Shown here piece by piece: positions 62,283 through 64,000 of a stretch of 64,000 nt of DNA (positions are counted from its first letter, which is position 1; each line of letters starts with the position of its first letter). The stretch covers positions 62,001-126,000 of the forward strand of contig CDROCS010001028.1 in NCBI GenBank assembly GCA_977020255.1, in the 5' to 3' direction. The notes under the pieces were generated by a model. It was not told the DNA's origin. It was given only the letters and a program-made list of their open reading frames with translations, and did no database searches. Source of the DNA: Obrimoposthia wandeli. Taxonomy: Eukaryota. The position numbers and the translations under genes are program-made.

Positions 62283-62689
62283 TTAGATAACGTGTCCCAA
62301 TTTAATTTTTCACAATACTTATATAATAGTCATTTGATGTATTATTCATAACGCCACTGTATGAAAATTATTGAATAAGTGATGTTGATCCTCTTTTGAG
62401 CTCTTATAAATTCTTACTGATACTATCATCATGAGTCAAGATCACATTTCAACTCTCAATTTGCTTGTTTTTTGTACTTAAATGTATCGATTCATAATGT
62501 CATGATTTTTTGATAATATGTGAAAATCTATACATTTTCACGCCTAGCATAAGGAATAATCATGAATGAGTAGCCTAAACTCAAATTAAAAATTACCCCA
62601 CAATAGGCTTTTATCTCCTGCATTTTAAATCGTGTTAAAACGTTGTAATATTGACACTGCTCATCAATTATTAAATAGGAATAGCTTTA

Positions 62690-63049
62690 ATGAAAATAGT
62701 CCGTTGGGTCTTAGGACGAATCATCCTTTTACTGAATTTCATCTTCTCTCCACGCGCACAAAACCGTGATAATTCAGAACAAAATCGAGTTAATCAAGAT
62801 GTTGCAAAATTAAAACTCTATCAATTTGATGCATGCCCATTTTGTGTAAAGGTTCGCCGCTCTGCTAAACGTTTAAATTTACCGCTAGAGACCCGAAACG
62901 CAAAAGTTGCACCTTGGGAGCAAGAGTTGATCAAAGATGGAGGTGCACGAAAAGTACCTTGCTTACGCATTGAACAAGAAAATGGCAACATCGAATGGCT
63001 ATATGAATCTAATGACATCATTAGCTACTTAGAACAACGCTTTGCTTAG
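62690..63049 (+). CDS. Glutaredoxin/GST N-terminal-like protein
   Basis: CPFC motif, KVPCLRI, WLYESNDII. Confidence 0.85.
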   Translation: MKIVRWVLGRIILLLNFIFSPRAQNRDNSEQNRVNQDVAKLKLYQFDACPFCVKVRRSAKRLNLPLETRNAKVAPWEQELIKDGGARKVPCLRIEQENGNIEWLYESNDIISYLEQRFA

Positions 63050-63120
63050 TGTTAATTTTGAGCACTATTAATAACATCTAATGAGATTAAGTGAACTAAA
63101 TCAATTCGTTCACTTAATTT

Positions 63121-63888
63121 TTGTGCACTATTGAAATAATAGTGAGACACTGTTTGATTACTAGCACGAAAAACAGTATCAGCACTGGCTTTTTTGCCAA
63201 TACAGGACAAAGAATGAAGAAAAATAAAATTATAACTACCGACGATATTCTACTTAAGCTTTGCCAATCGATTTCAAGTGTTTTATCTACCGCAACAGAT
63301 AGCCAAATCAACTACTCTGCTATGGTACAAAAGATAAATAAAACAAGCTTAAAGCCTGATATCGGATGTTTTGTACTATTTGATGGTGGTTTCACCGGTC
63401 TCGTTGTGAGTAACTTCACTCAACAAGCTGCACTTGAGATTTATCAGGCGTATATGTTGAAAATGGGAATTCCTCGTGAAGATCTTGCGATTCATCATAC
63501 TTCTGACGAAGTAGCCGATGTACTGGGCGAGCTGATGAATCAAACCGTTGGTGACTTTACAAGTAAGATTCGTCGTGAATTGCAAATTTCCATCACGCAG
63601 AATCAACCTAAAATGTTGGCGCTAAATAAACAAATAATTCTTTCTGTCGATACTAACCTTGACCGCCCACAAGCTCGTCGCGTTAGCTTTACAACAGAAA
63701 AAAATAACATCTTTTATTTAGAACTCGCAATGGATAAGACTGAATTTATTCAACTTGAAGAGTTTGAGCAACATCAAGATATCGATCCTGACGTAATCAT
63801 CGAAAACGAAAAAAAGCAAAAAGAAAGTAAATTAAAGCTTCAAAATCAATCAGATGAACAAGATTTACTCGATGAACTTGGTATTTAA
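63121..63888 (+). CDS. DUF3334-family protein (CheX-like; likely start MKKNKII)
   Basis: LKPDIGCFVLFDGGF.GL and CheX-like GELMNQ motifs. Confidence 0.75.
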   Translation: MCTIEIIVRHCLITSTKNSISTGFFANTGQRMKKNKIITTDDILLKLCQSISSVLSTATDSQINYSAMVQKINKTSLKPDIGCFVLFDGGFTGLVVSNFTQQAALEIYQAYMLKMGIPREDLAIHHTSDEVADVLGELMNQTVGDFTSKIRRELQISITQNQPKMLALNKQIILSVDTNLDRPQARRVSFTTEKNNIFYLELAMDKTEFIQLEEFEQHQDIDPDVIIENEKKQKESKLKLQNQSDEQDLLDELGI

Positions 63889-63916
63889 CACCCACTAATA
63901 CTGAAGTATAAATAAC

Positions 63917-63981
63917 AAAAGGCACTATTAACTAGGTTTTCTATCTACTCATAAATAGAAAACCTAGCTTATAGTGCCTTT
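63917..63981. terminator. Long hairpin terminator
   Basis: AAAAGGCACTAT..ACTAGGTTTTCTAT ... ATAGAAAACCTAG..ATAGTGCCTTT. Confidence 0.7.
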
Positions 63982-64000
63982 CTTTTTCTCATTAATCCTA

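Overview
AT-rich chromosomal segment (roughly 40% GC by eye) of a marine Vibrionaceae bacterium. The genus is most likely Photobacterium, inferred from gene content and synteny. It holds about 55 mostly housekeeping or conserved accessory genes. These include an MltD-like lytic transglycosylase and a sigma54 two-component system divergent from a tungstate ABC transporter/molybdenum-cofactor operon (tupABC-mobA-mobB/moeA). That operon carries three short error-dense patches that look like sequencing artefacts. Also present are a LysR-dgcN-dgcA D-glutamate module, gsk, csp, cheV, efpL, a PtsG-like EIICB, a U32 protein, hrpA, ppsA/ppsR, a DEAD-box helicase, nagK, tapT and a REC-CheC/PAS-GGDEF pair. 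One intact IS3-family element has inverted repeats, a 3-bp target duplication and a frameshift motif. I see no CRISPR array, prophage, tRNA/rRNA, reverse transcriptase or recognisable defence system. Signals the ORF track does not explain: (1) a mirrored 4+4 array of 16-bp repeats between nagK and the helicase that folds into a long G.U-rich hairpin preferentially on the transcribed strand; (2) an unannotated 54-aa ORF resembling the inhibitory helix of the F1-ATPase inhibitor IF1; (3) a 266-bp TA-flanked MITE/ERIC-like element with a series of deleted derivatives; (4) a helically phased GTTAC array upstream of the PTS gene; (5) a complete sigma54 promoter/IHF/enhancer architecture. All homology calls come from reading the sequence; no database searches were run.
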